From Obrimoposthia wandeli (taxonomy: Eukaryota), in the NCBI GenBank assembly GCA_977020255.1, contig CDROCS010000666.1, forward strand, positions 124,001 through 188,000: a stretch of DNA of 64,000 bases. Direction: 5' to 3'. A program made the translations under genes and the position numbers. Under the pieces are notes generated by a model. That model did no database searches and was not told the DNA's origin. It saw nothing but the letters and a program-made list of their open reading frames with translations. Below, in pieces: positions 39,182 to 48,830 of this stretch. Positions within the stretch are counted from its first letter, which is position 1; each line of letters begins with the position of its first letter.

Positions 39182-40054
39182 TTATTTGAATTTGGCGATC
39201 ATGTCCTTGATGCCTGGAATCGTATTCACTTGATACTCATGGTGAGGGTCAAAGTGCTGAACAAGCGATTTAGACGTTTTACCCACAATAATCGTGAAGT
39301 AGTACATCTCGTAACCAGGCGCCGCGACACTTGGGTGGTAGCCCTTATCAATCGCGATAACACTGCCTGTACGAACGTGATAAACCGGACCAAAATCATC
39401 TTCATGCTCATATAAAAATTGAGCACCAAAGCCAAAATCAGGGTTAAAACGGAACTGGTACACTTCTTCGTACAGCGTTTCTTCTGTACCGTTTTCGGTA
39501 ACGCGATCTTCATCATGCTTATGAGGAGGAAAGCCAGACCAACCGCCTGCGCCAACAGTAAACAGCTCACTCACTAATAAACGACCACGCTTGTCTGCGT
39601 TGCTCTGACCTAGTACATGCTTAATTTTTCTGTGTGTTTTGGTATCATCAGAGCCGTACTGCACCATATCAACGCTATCTTGTAAGACAGCAAAAGGCTC
39701 TAGCGTTTCTTCATAGCGACCACCCGCGATCATGATGTCAGCTTCTGCGCTCACACATTCGATAACAGCGGTATAACCCACAGGCACATACACAGATTCT
39801 GGGTTTCCTTCCCATACCGATGCACGTTGACCAATGTTGTCGAACACCATTTCTTCAGCGCTAGCATTGGTGACTGTAATGCAGCAAGTTCCACCCGCAA
39901 GCACGATGACAGATTCATAGCCATCAACAGTGTGGGTATGCGTCTCACCTTGCTTTAAACGTACTGGGTTGAAATAACACAGCGGTGAAACATCATCATT
40001 AATGTCAATGATTGGCTTATTTTGATTATCGAACGGTGGGATGTGCTTACCCAT
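39182..40054 (-). CDS. Second KduI/IolB-family isomerase (set 2)
   Basis: WSGFPPHKHD, EEVYQFRF, KGYHP, YYFTII; divergent from iolB set 1. Confidence 0.85.
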   Translation of the reverse strand: MGKHIPPFDNQNKPIIDINDDVSPLCYFNPVRLKQGETHTHTVDGYESVIVLAGGTCCITVTNASAEEMVFDNIGQRASVWEGNPESVYVPVGYTAVIECVSAEADIMIAGGRYEETLEPFAVLQDSVDMVQYGSDDTKTHRKIKHVLGQSNADKRGRLLVSELFTVGAGGWSGFPPHKHDEDRVTENGTEETLYEEVYQFRFNPDFGFGAQFLYEHEDDFGPVYHVRTGSVIAIDKGYHPSVAAPGYEMYYFTIIVGKTSKSLVQHFDPHHEYQVNTIPGIKDMIAKFK

Positions 40055-40238
40055 TTTTACTTTCTCCTCAATTACCCATTTTTAGTTTTATCGTATCGTT
40101 TGGGTAAGTTTTATAAAAAAAAACCGAACCATGATGGTATGCATTCTTCATTAACATTCTTTATTAACGATCTTTATGTAAGATATAGTCTGCTGATCCG
40201 GCTGACCTAATTAACCTTTATTTACCATTATCAAATAA

Positions 40239-41234
40239 TTAAAGGCCTTGTTCTCGGGTCTCAAGAAAATTGAATAGTATTTCTTTCGTTGGCATAGCTT
40301 CAGTACAGCTATTGCCACTCACATTAATTGCTGCTGCCGCGGAACCGTGTTTAACCCCGTCTTCTAGCTCGCCGCCGTTCACTAATGTCCAAATCAAGCC
40401 GCCTGCGAATGAATCACCTGAACCAAAGGGCTTCTTAACTTCAACACGGAAAATACCCTGTTGGAATTTGTGACCATCTTTGCAGTACACTTTTGAACCT
40501 AGCTCACCGGCTTTTACAATCACAACCTGCGTGTTTGCACGTAAGAATCGATCTGCTGTTGCATCATCATCTGTATTGCCAGGTGCTAATACGGTTTCCA
40601 TCATGTCGAATTCTTCGCGATTACCAATCACGATGTCAGACAAGCCAGCTGCGATACCGTAGTAAATAGATGCGTCAACATCGGTGCGCCACGAGTACGG
40701 ACGGTAATCAACATCTAGCACCACAACAGTATTACTGCGGCGCGCATGTTCCATGGCGATTAACGTTGCTTCGCGGCTTGGGCTTTCAGATAACGCCGTA
40801 CCTGTTACAACCAACATTTTGCTTTGTGCAATGTATGCCGGATCAACTTGTTCTGGCTTTAACGTTAAATCTGATGCCTTGTTACGGTAAATAAGTACCG
40901 TACAATCGTTTGGCTTCATTTCAGTAAACGCAACAGAAGTACGTGAACCTGAATTGTCAGTCATCATGCCGTCAAGATTAATGCCTTGCTCTGTCATGTA
41001 GCCACGTACATAACCACCAAACGCATCATCTGCCACACAACCAATGAAACCTGTTTTGCCGCCTAGCTTGCTGATCGCGACGGCGATATTGGCAGCAGAG
41101 CCGCCTACAAATTTATTAAACCCTGAAATGTCTGCCATATCGGTGTTGGCTTCGCGGGCGTATAAATCTACTCCCGCGCGACCTAGTACGATGGCATCCA
41201 GCGGGCGATCTTGCTGAAGTGCAATCTTTGTCAT
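40239..41234 (-). CDS. Stand-alone 5-dehydro-2-deoxygluconokinase-like PfkB kinase (IolC set 2)
   Basis: LGRAGVDLY, GGSAANIA, LDVDYRPYSW, GNREEF, GSGDSF; no DUF2090 extension. Confidence 0.88.
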   Translation of the reverse strand: MTKIALQQDRPLDAIVLGRAGVDLYAREANTDMADISGFNKFVGGSAANIAVAISKLGGKTGFIGCVADDAFGGYVRGYMTEQGINLDGMMTDNSGSRTSVAFTEMKPNDCTVLIYRNKASDLTLKPEQVDPAYIAQSKMLVVTGTALSESPSREATLIAMEHARRSNTVVVLDVDYRPYSWRTDVDASIYYGIAAGLSDIVIGNREEFDMMETVLAPGNTDDDATADRFLRANTQVVIVKAGELGSKVYCKDGHKFQQGIFRVEVKKPFGSGDSFAGGLIWTLVNGGELEDGVKHGSAAAAINVSGNSCTEAMPTKEILFNFLETREQGL

Positions 41235-41246
41235 AGTTATCTTTTC

Positions 41247-42425
41247 CTAGTCGTTATAAGCGACCCAAGCAGCACCTTGGTCAGCAGATTCAACACATTT
41301 TTCACAAAGGCGGACACCTTCAATGCCAGCATCAACACCTGGGAACCAAATGCTATCTAATGTTGCTTGGTCATCACGGTCTGCAGCATCAAATGCTAAT
41401 GCAAAGCGGTGATACAAGTTTGCCCATGATTCAAAGAAGCCTTCTGCGTGGCCACCACCAATACGGTTAGCGGCAACACCTTCAACATCTTGGTATAAGT
41501 ACCCCATGCCACGGTCAAGAACGCGTGGTGCTTCACCTTGTACTTCGTAACGAAGCTGATTTGGATGCTCGTCCCACCATTCGATGGATGCTTTTGAACC
41601 GACAATACGAATGCGTTGTTCATGCATTGAACCCGCGTTAACAGCAGAAGCCCATAACGTACCCACTGCACCGCCTTTGAATTCCATCATGACGTGTGCG
41701 TTATCTTCTAGTGGCTGACGTGACGCAATAAAGCTTTGGCGCATACACGCTAGACGATCAATTTCTAGCCCTGTCATTACTTCACATAAGTAATAAGCGT
41801 GTGTGCCTATATCACCCAAAACATAAGTAGGACCCGATGCCGCAGGGCTTACACGCCACTTTAGACCTGGATCATTTAATTCATATTCTTCGTTGTGGAA
41901 ACCGTGGGCAAATTGCATATTTACGACACGAATGTCACCCAAATCACCACGCTCAACCATTTCACGTGCTTGATGCACCATTGGGAAACCGCTGTAACCG
42001 TACATCACGCCGATCACACAGTTTTTTTCTGCTGCAATCGCTTTTAATTCTTTTGCTTCTTCACTAGTGAATGTGATTGGTTTTTCACACACAACATGTA
42101 AACCCACATCTAACGCTGCTTTACAAATTTCATAGTGAGTAGAGTTAGGTGTCGCAACAGATACCGCTTGAATGCCATCAGGACGTTTAGATTCAGCCGC
42201 AAAAAACTCTTTATAATTGCTGTAACAACGATCGGCATCTAAACCAAGGTTGACACCAAATTCACGACAGCGTTCGGCATCTAAATCAAATGCACCAGCA
42301 ACTAATTTAAATAGACCATCACGGTGTGCTGCACTGCGGTGTGCGTAGCCAATCTGGCTGCCACGTCCACCACCGACCATGCCCCAGCGGATTGGTTGTT
42401 CAAAACGGCGTTCTTCATTAAACAT
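41247..42425 (-). CDS. Gfo/Idh/MocA family oxidoreductase
   Basis: GMVGGG.GS.IG, VATPN, CEKPI, DIGTH, GGHAEG; ATG 42425 after GGAG. Confidence 0.9.
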   Translation of the reverse strand: MFNEERRFEQPIRWGMVGGGRGSQIGYAHRSAAHRDGLFKLVAGAFDLDAERCREFGVNLGLDADRCYSNYKEFFAAESKRPDGIQAVSVATPNSTHYEICKAALDVGLHVVCEKPITFTSEEAKELKAIAAEKNCVIGVMYGYSGFPMVHQAREMVERGDLGDIRVVNMQFAHGFHNEEYELNDPGLKWRVSPAASGPTYVLGDIGTHAYYLCEVMTGLEIDRLACMRQSFIASRQPLEDNAHVMMEFKGGAVGTLWASAVNAGSMHEQRIRIVGSKASIEWWDEHPNQLRYEVQGEAPRVLDRGMGYLYQDVEGVAANRIGGGHAEGFFESWANLYHRFALAFDAADRDDQATLDSIWFPGVDAGIEGVRLCEKCVESADQGAAWVAYND

Positions 42426-42524
42426 AATCATAATCTCCATGGCGGTACTGCCGACAGTTTTGTAAGGGCAGTACCAAAAAAGTCATAAAATTGCGTTGAA
42501 AAATTCAGTTAAACGGCTGGAAAA

Positions 42525-44396
42525 CTAAACGCCGCGGCGCTGTAGGTTTTTACCTTCTTGCCAATCAGCCACTTTTTGCTCTGTGTCTTCATTACGAGTG
42601 ACTTCTGGTAAACCAACTTCCCACCAACAATCACACTGAGACCAAGCCGCGGGTGATACTGGGTCGATATCAACAACGATAACGTAGGTACGATCTGCTT
42701 CTTTAGCGCGTACAAATGCAGCATCAAACTGGTCAATGGATGTCAGTTTTTCACTGATTGCACCTTGTGATTCTGCGTGCTTTGCAAAATCAACCCGTGC
42801 TAGCTCACCGTCAGGACGACGACAATCTTCTAGAAGGTTATTAAACGACTCATTACCGGTATTGTTCTGAAGTTTATTGATAACCGCAAAACCGCCGTTA
42901 TCGCACACAACCAGAATCATTTTCTGACCTGTTAATACTGATGAATAGATATCAGAGTTCTGAATAAGGTAAGAACCATCACCCACCAGCACAACAACAT
43001 CGTTATCAGGGTTAGCAATCTTGGCACCCCAGCCACCTGCAATCTCGTAACCCATGCAAGAGAAGCCGAAGTCGATATCGAACTTACCAATTTGGTAGTT
43101 CTGCCAGTTCATTGATAACTCTGCAGGTAAACCACCCGCAGCTGTCAGCACGGTGTCACCTTTTTCCATTTGCGTATTTAATTTTCCAATGATTTCAGCA
43201 TAAGAAGAAGTACCCGGTAACAGCTCACCTTTCTTAGGGTGAGTACGACGATAAACTTCCGCTTTCCATTCATCTGCTTGTGCTTTTGCCGTATCTGCCC
43301 ACGCTTGCGCTGAACGCCAATCACCCAACACACCTGAAAGTTTTGTCATGCACGTTTTTGCGTCACCCAACACTGGGTATGACATATGCTTAATGGCGTC
43401 GAATTTAGCCACGTTAATACTGACAAGCTTCATATCAGGGTTGCGGAAAACCGACCATGAACCGGTTGTAAAATCTTGCAAGCGAGTACCAATAGCCAGA
43501 ACAACATCTGCATGCGCTGCCATGTAATTAGCTGAATTTGAACCTGTTACACCAATTGGGCCAGCATTCAAAGGGTTGTCTTGCAGCATTGTTGCACGGC
43601 CAGCAATCGTTTCTACGACAGGGATATTATGTTTTGCTGCAAAGTCGGCTAGTTCATCGGTTGCAAGTGAATAGTGCACACCGCCACCAGAGATAATTAA
43701 CGGACGCTCTGCGTTTAATAAGATTTCTTTCGCTTCTTCAATCACTAGCATTTCAGGCTCTGGACGACGAATGCGATGTACTTTATCGGCGAAGAATGCT
43801 TCAGGAAAATCGTAAGCCATGCCTTGAACATCTTGCGGTAAACCGATAAATACCGGACCGCATGTTTCAGGGTCTAACAGGGTGTTTAGTGCATGCGGTA
43901 AAGACTGGATAATTTGCGCCGGAGAGACAATGCGATCCCAGTAACGCGTTAACGGTTTGAAGGCATCGTTACACGTAATAGAAGGATTATGGAAATTCTC
44001 TGGCTGCTGTAATACAGGATCAGGTAGGCGGCTAATGTACGCATCACCTGAAATTAACAATAAAGGTAAACGGTTTGTATGGGCAATACCCGCAGCCGTT
44101 ATCATATTCGTTGCACCAGGACCAATAGAGCTGGTTGCAATACCAATACGGCGACGTTGGTTGGCTTTAGCATAAGCAATAGCAGCGGTTGCCATTGATT
44201 GTTCATTTTGGCCACGCCACGTCGGAATTTTATCTTCAATATTTTTTAGTTGCTGACCAAAGCACGTTACATTGCCATGACCAAAGATGGCAAACGCAGC
44301 ACCAAATAGCTGCTCAACTTTGCCATCAATTTCAATTTTTTGTGCCGCTAAGTAATTAGCAAATGCTTCAGCAACAGTTAGGCGTACAGTTTTCAT
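42525..44396 (-). CDS. Second THcHDO hydrolase-like ThDP enzyme (IolD set 2)
   Basis: IFGHGNV, QNEQSM, PDPVLQQ, FGFSCMGYE, GDGSYL; divergent from iolD set 1. Confidence 0.9.
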   Translation of the reverse strand: MKTVRLTVAEAFANYLAAQKIEIDGKVEQLFGAAFAIFGHGNVTCFGQQLKNIEDKIPTWRGQNEQSMATAAIAYAKANQRRRIGIATSSIGPGATNMITAAGIAHTNRLPLLLISGDAYISRLPDPVLQQPENFHNPSITCNDAFKPLTRYWDRIVSPAQIIQSLPHALNTLLDPETCGPVFIGLPQDVQGMAYDFPEAFFADKVHRIRRPEPEMLVIEEAKEILLNAERPLIISGGGVHYSLATDELADFAAKHNIPVVETIAGRATMLQDNPLNAGPIGVTGSNSANYMAAHADVVLAIGTRLQDFTTGSWSVFRNPDMKLVSINVAKFDAIKHMSYPVLGDAKTCMTKLSGVLGDWRSAQAWADTAKAQADEWKAEVYRRTHPKKGELLPGTSSYAEIIGKLNTQMEKGDTVLTAAGGLPAELSMNWQNYQIGKFDIDFGFSCMGYEIAGGWGAKIANPDNDVVVLVGDGSYLIQNSDIYSSVLTGQKMILVVCDNGGFAVINKLQNNTGNESFNNLLEDCRRPDGELARVDFAKHAESQGAISEKLTSIDQFDAAFVRAKEADRTYVIVVDIDPVSPAAWSQCDCWWEVGLPEVTRNEDTEQKVADWQEGKNLQRRGV

Positions 44397-44545
44397 CTTC
44401 TTCCTCGAACATCATCACACTAAAAATTGGCATCCCTGCCCTGCCTACACGGTGTTATCCATTATTTGTGTAGTCAGTTCTTTAATCGGGGAACATCCAT
44501 TCCCCGATGGCGGCTTTGAATATTACAAAGCGACAAACGTCGTTA

Positions 44546-45439
44546 TTACAGGCCGTACTTAGTTGCGTAGCCAGTAATGTTTGTATAAGCCGTTTTAGCA
44601 AATTCAAGTGGATTCGCTTTTGCAGGATCTTGCTCTGCTTCAACTAATAACCAACCTTCGTAATTACGCTCTTTCAGTGCAGCGAAAACATCGTCATAGT
44701 CAACGTCGCCAGTACCAGGAACGGTAAATACACCATCAAGAACTGCATTAAGGAATGATTTGTCTGCATCACGGGCCGTCTTCATAACACCTAAGCGAAG
44801 GTCTTTAAAATGCATGTGACCAATGCGATGGCCCCAGCGCTTAATCATTGTTACAGGGTTACCGCCACCGTATGTGATATGGCCTGTATCAAGTGTTAGG
44901 TGAACAGAATCGCCAGTCAGTTCCATCAGAAGGTTAATGTCGTCTTCTGTTTCACAAATTGTGCCCACATGGTGGTGGAAAGACAGTTTGATACCGTGTT
45001 CATTTAATAAGTAATCAGCAACAACAGTCAGCTTCTCTGCGTATACTTTCCACTCATCCATTGTCAAAATGACGCGTTGTGAAAGTGGTGTATTAATGTC
45101 GCCATGAACAGAGTTGCTCACTTCGCCATATACCATTGCCTTACAGCCAGCGGCTTTCAGTAGTTTGATGTGCACTTGCATTGCTGCAATTTCTTCTTCT
45201 GCTGTAAGTGTCATCAAATTACCGCTAAACCAGCCTGAAGCCAGAACAAGATTGTGTTGTTCTAGTAGAGGAATAAGCACTTCAGGTTCACGAGGGTATT
45301 TCGTTCCTAATTCAGTACCAGTGAAGCCAGCTTCTGACATTTCACTCAAACACGTTTCTAAAGCAATCTCGCCGCCAAGTTCTGGCATGTCGTCATTGGT
45401 CCAAGTCAAAGGGCTGATTCCGTATTGAACTTTGCTCAT
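44546..45439 (-). CDS. Second inosose dehydratase (IolE set 2)
   Basis: GISPLTWTNDD, FHHHVGT, LDTGH, HMHFKD, LVEAEQDP. Confidence 0.9.
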   Translation of the reverse strand: MSKVQYGISPLTWTNDDMPELGGEIALETCLSEMSEAGFTGTELGTKYPREPEVLIPLLEQHNLVLASGWFSGNLMTLTAEEEIAAMQVHIKLLKAAGCKAMVYGEVSNSVHGDINTPLSQRVILTMDEWKVYAEKLTVVADYLLNEHGIKLSFHHHVGTICETEDDINLLMELTGDSVHLTLDTGHITYGGGNPVTMIKRWGHRIGHMHFKDLRLGVMKTARDADKSFLNAVLDGVFTVPGTGDVDYDDVFAALKERNYEGWLLVEAEQDPAKANPLEFAKTAYTNITGYATKYGL

Positions 45440-45549
45440 GTTCGTTCTCCAGCATTTAATTTGTAGGATTAAGGTAGTGTGATTAATTATTTTTCAATCG
45501 ACACTTGTTTCGTTTCACTGGCAATCAATATAATGAAAAAAATGACAAA

Positions 45550-45825
45550 TGGAAAATATTTTTCAAACGAAAAATACTTTTTCCACAAGTTTGTATTTTA
45601 TGAAAAAAACCCCGTAAACACAGGGCTCATGGCGATATAAGACCAAAATCACAAAAACACTTAAGTGATAAAAAACAACAGCTTAAATCAATAACACCAA
45701 ATGAAAAATATTTACCATTGTATGACACAGCTAACACTTTAAGAGAAAAATTATCTCAAGCTATAGCAAGAATACAATGGAATCCATATGATGATTGAAA
45801 ACGCCAAAATGAAAAATATTTATCA
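45550..45825. promoter_or_regulatory. Operator-like sites in the divergent iolE2/MFS promoter
   Basis: TGGAAAATATTTTTCA (45550), TGAAAAATATTTACCA (45702), TGAAAAATATTTATCA (45810). Confidence 0.6.
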
Positions 45826-45976
45826 ATATATATTTTCAAAATATAACTATTAGAAACAACATAAGGCGTATTTAGTAATCCTTAGCCCTTTCCTACAGTT
45901 AAGAAGGCGGGATTAACCCCTGAAACATGTGTAGAGATGGTTATACGTGCTGACGGAAAATTTAATGGAGTAAATA

Positions 45977-47419
45977 ATGTCATCAAGTATCGAGACATCA
46001 TCTAAAAAACATAACCTGAGTTACATCATTCGGATCTGTTGTATAGCAGCACTAGGGGGGATTTTATTAGGGTATGATACCGCCGTTATTTCTGGTGCTA
46101 TCGGGCCGATAAGAGAGTACTTCAACTTAACACCAGCACAAACGGGATGGGCTGTTTCCAGTGTTGTATTAGGCAGTATTATTGGTGCAGTCAGCGCTGG
46201 CTGGTGTGCCCTTAAATATGGTCGTAGAAAAGCATTATTCTTGTCCGCTCTTTTATTCATCATTTCAGCAATAGGCTCTGCCCTTGCCGCTACCTTTACC
46301 ATCTATGTGTTATTTAGAATTGTCGGTGGTATTGCGGTTGGTTTAGCGTGTGTTGTATCGCCTATGTATATGTCTGAAGTTGCCCCTAAAGATTTCAGAG
46401 GGCGTGCCGTCAGTATGTTCCAACAATCAGCCGTTATTGGTCAAACGGGCGTATTCTACGTTAACTACCTAATTGCAAAGGGCATGTCTGAAGCGTGGCT
46501 TGTTGATATAGGCTGGCGTTGGATGCTAGCATCAGAAGTTCTACCGGCCTTATTATTTGGTAGCCTGTTAATTATCATCCCTGAATCACCTCGTTGGTTG
46601 GTATTAAAAGGGCACCTTGATCAAGCAAAAGAAACCCTTTCACGTATTTCTAATCCTGAACATGCCGATCGCGTTATTCTTGATATACAAAAATCATTAG
46701 TACCCGCTAATGCATCAAAAAATAATAAAATCAGCTTACGTTCACCATTATTATTTTCCATTCTGGTTATTGGTACTTTTGTTGCGGCAGCACAGCAGTT
46801 AACGGGTATCAATGTCATTATGTACTACACACCAGAAATACTAAAACCTATTGCTGGTGGTACTGAAAATGCCTTATTCCAAACCACCTTCGTGGGTGTT
46901 GTCTTTATTTTTGGTAATGCTTTAGGTATGTATCTGATTGATAAAGTCGGGCGTTTACCACTAATGAAATATGGTACATTCGGTTGTGCGCTAGGGATGA
47001 CGATTGTCGGTTATGTGCTTTATACGGGTACTGAAGGCTATGCTGCTTTATTCGCACTCTGTCTGTATGTTGTCGCATATGCAACATCTTGGGGTTGTGC
47101 ATGTTGGACAATGATTTCAGAGATCTTCCCGAATAGTATCCGTTCTCGTGCGATGGCAATTGCTGTTGGCGCACAATGGTTCACTGGCTTCATTGTTACT
47201 CAGTCTTTCCCTATGCTAAATGAAAATGCCTACTTAAAAGAGCACTTTAATGGTGCATTCAGCTTCTGGGTATTCGCGGTTCTTTCTATCATGTGTATGT
47301 ATGTTGTTGTTAAGTACGTACCTGAAACGAAAGGCGTTAGCTTGGAAGACATGGAAAAAGTCATGGCTGAAAAACTGGGTAAGAATAAAAAACGTCAAGT
47401 TGCAGAAGCAAGCGTTTAA
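45977..47419 (+). CDS. MFS sugar porter (XylE/IolT-like)
   Basis: GYDTAVISG, GRR, EVAP..RG, PESPRWL, QQLTGIN, SEIFP, PETKG. Confidence 0.93.
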   Translation: MSSSIETSSKKHNLSYIIRICCIAALGGILLGYDTAVISGAIGPIREYFNLTPAQTGWAVSSVVLGSIIGAVSAGWCALKYGRRKALFLSALLFIISAIGSALAATFTIYVLFRIVGGIAVGLACVVSPMYMSEVAPKDFRGRAVSMFQQSAVIGQTGVFYVNYLIAKGMSEAWLVDIGWRWMLASEVLPALLFGSLLIIIPESPRWLVLKGHLDQAKETLSRISNPEHADRVILDIQKSLVPANASKNNKISLRSPLLFSILVIGTFVAAAQQLTGINVIMYYTPEILKPIAGGTENALFQTTFVGVVFIFGNALGMYLIDKVGRLPLMKYGTFGCALGMTIVGYVLYTGTEGYAALFALCLYVVAYATSWGCACWTMISEIFPNSIRSRAMAIAVGAQWFTGFIVTQSFPMLNENAYLKEHFNGAFSFWVFAVLSIMCMYVVVKYVPETKGVSLEDMEKVMAEKLGKNKKRQVAEASV

Positions 47420-47462
47420 TCGCATAAATACGTATGAAATGTATTGCTGATTAACTTACAAG

Positions 47463-47492
47463 AAATAGGCTTTTCATATGAGAAGCCTATTT
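47463..47492 (+). terminator. Intrinsic terminator
   Basis: AAATAGGCTTTTCA-TA-TGAGAAGCCTATTT. Confidence 0.8.
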
Positions 47493-47535
47493 TCATATTC
47501 AATAGAAATGGACGTTAGTTAAAAGGGAATAGATC

Positions 47536-48417
47536 ATGCTGGATAAAATGGCTTTCTTTGTATATGTAGTAAGAACAGGCTCTATTTCTGCGGCTGCACG
47601 TAAATTCAATATTTCCGTCTCGGCAGGCAGCCGCTGGCTACAAGATCTAGAACAAAAATTTGGCATGCCGCTACACCGTCGTAGCAACCGCTTATTAACA
47701 CCGACCCCTGCTGGTCAAAAGCTGTTCGATGATTTTTCACCCATGGTCGATAATTCCGAACATTTATGCCGTCAAATGCAAGAGTTTCAACAACACGACA
47801 AAGGGCATATCGATATTGTTTGTACACCTGTTTATGCCAATCATTATTTAATGGACATGATCAGTGAATACCTTATAACGAACCCAGATGTCACTTTTAA
47901 CCTTAATATTACTCCTTGGGCATTAGACCATGCGGCAGAAAGCGACTTAACAATCAGCGCCAATGCCTCTTATCAAGGCTATCGTGAACATGATTTACAC
48001 CTTGTTCGCCGTGAAATAATGCAAAGCCCATTTCGTATCGTTGCCTCACAACACTATATTGATCGTCAACCCCCACCACAAAAACCCTCTGATTTAACCC
48101 AGCATCAATGCTTATTTGCCACGACGTTAACGGGCAGTAATGATTGGATTTTTACTCAAAATGGTGAGAGTCAGATTATAAAAGTACCGAAGTCTTTAGA
48201 AGTTAACGACAGTGATCTACTGCTTCAAGCTGTGAAAAAAGGCGCTGGCATCGCTTATTTGCCCGCATTTCTCGTTGAACCAGAGATAGAAAGCGGCCAG
48301 CTTATTTCACTATTAGATGATTTCGATACCAGCGTATGGAGCCTTAATCTTTACTATCAACCACCTGCCACCGCTTCTGCCGTCGCGATTCATTTTAAAG
48401 AGTTTTTGTTGAGGTAG
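47536..48417 (+). CDS. LysR family regulator (DmlR/PtxR-like)
   Basis: GSISAAARKF, LEQKFG..L.RRSNR..TPT.AG HTH; GAGIAYLP. Confidence 0.92.
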   Translation: MLDKMAFFVYVVRTGSISAAARKFNISVSAGSRWLQDLEQKFGMPLHRRSNRLLTPTPAGQKLFDDFSPMVDNSEHLCRQMQEFQQHDKGHIDIVCTPVYANHYLMDMISEYLITNPDVTFNLNITPWALDHAAESDLTISANASYQGYREHDLHLVRREIMQSPFRIVASQHYIDRQPPPQKPSDLTQHQCLFATTLTGSNDWIFTQNGESQIIKVPKSLEVNDSDLLLQAVKKGAGIAYLPAFLVEPEIESGQLISLLDDFDTSVWSLNLYYQPPATASAVAIHFKEFLLR

Positions 48418-48830
48418 CTTGGGGATAGTATGAGAATGACATAATTGTCGACATATCGTGTGAATTTATGGATGTATAGTTTACACTAGTAAAACCTTAT
48501 TACCTTAACCTCTTAAAAGGTGAGTGTTTAATATAAAGACACTCTATCAACAATAAGAATTAAAATAACAAATAAGACAAAAATAACAATATAAGACATT
48601 ATTAAATGACAAACAATTATGCTTTTATATAAACAAAAAATAACCATATAACAAAGACTTAATCAGAGAGTTAATTATAAAAACAAAGAAAAACATTCAT
48701 TTACCATCTAATTCTCATTTAAGAGCCGCTAATAAAACTCACTCCACAGCACTTTAAACTAAAATATAAAAATCAGCGCAACATAAAAACAATATAAAAA
48801 CCTAATGTACAAATAATTAAGGTTTAAATA

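Noticed and set aside
22135-45439. iol duplication as assembly artefact or recent tandem duplication
   Set aside because: Paralogues differ throughout in protein sequence, gene order and domain architecture
48420-48830. c-di-GMP riboswitch or other RNA element upstream of pgaA
   Set aside because: Region is very AT-rich with no GEMM-like stems or conserved motif visible
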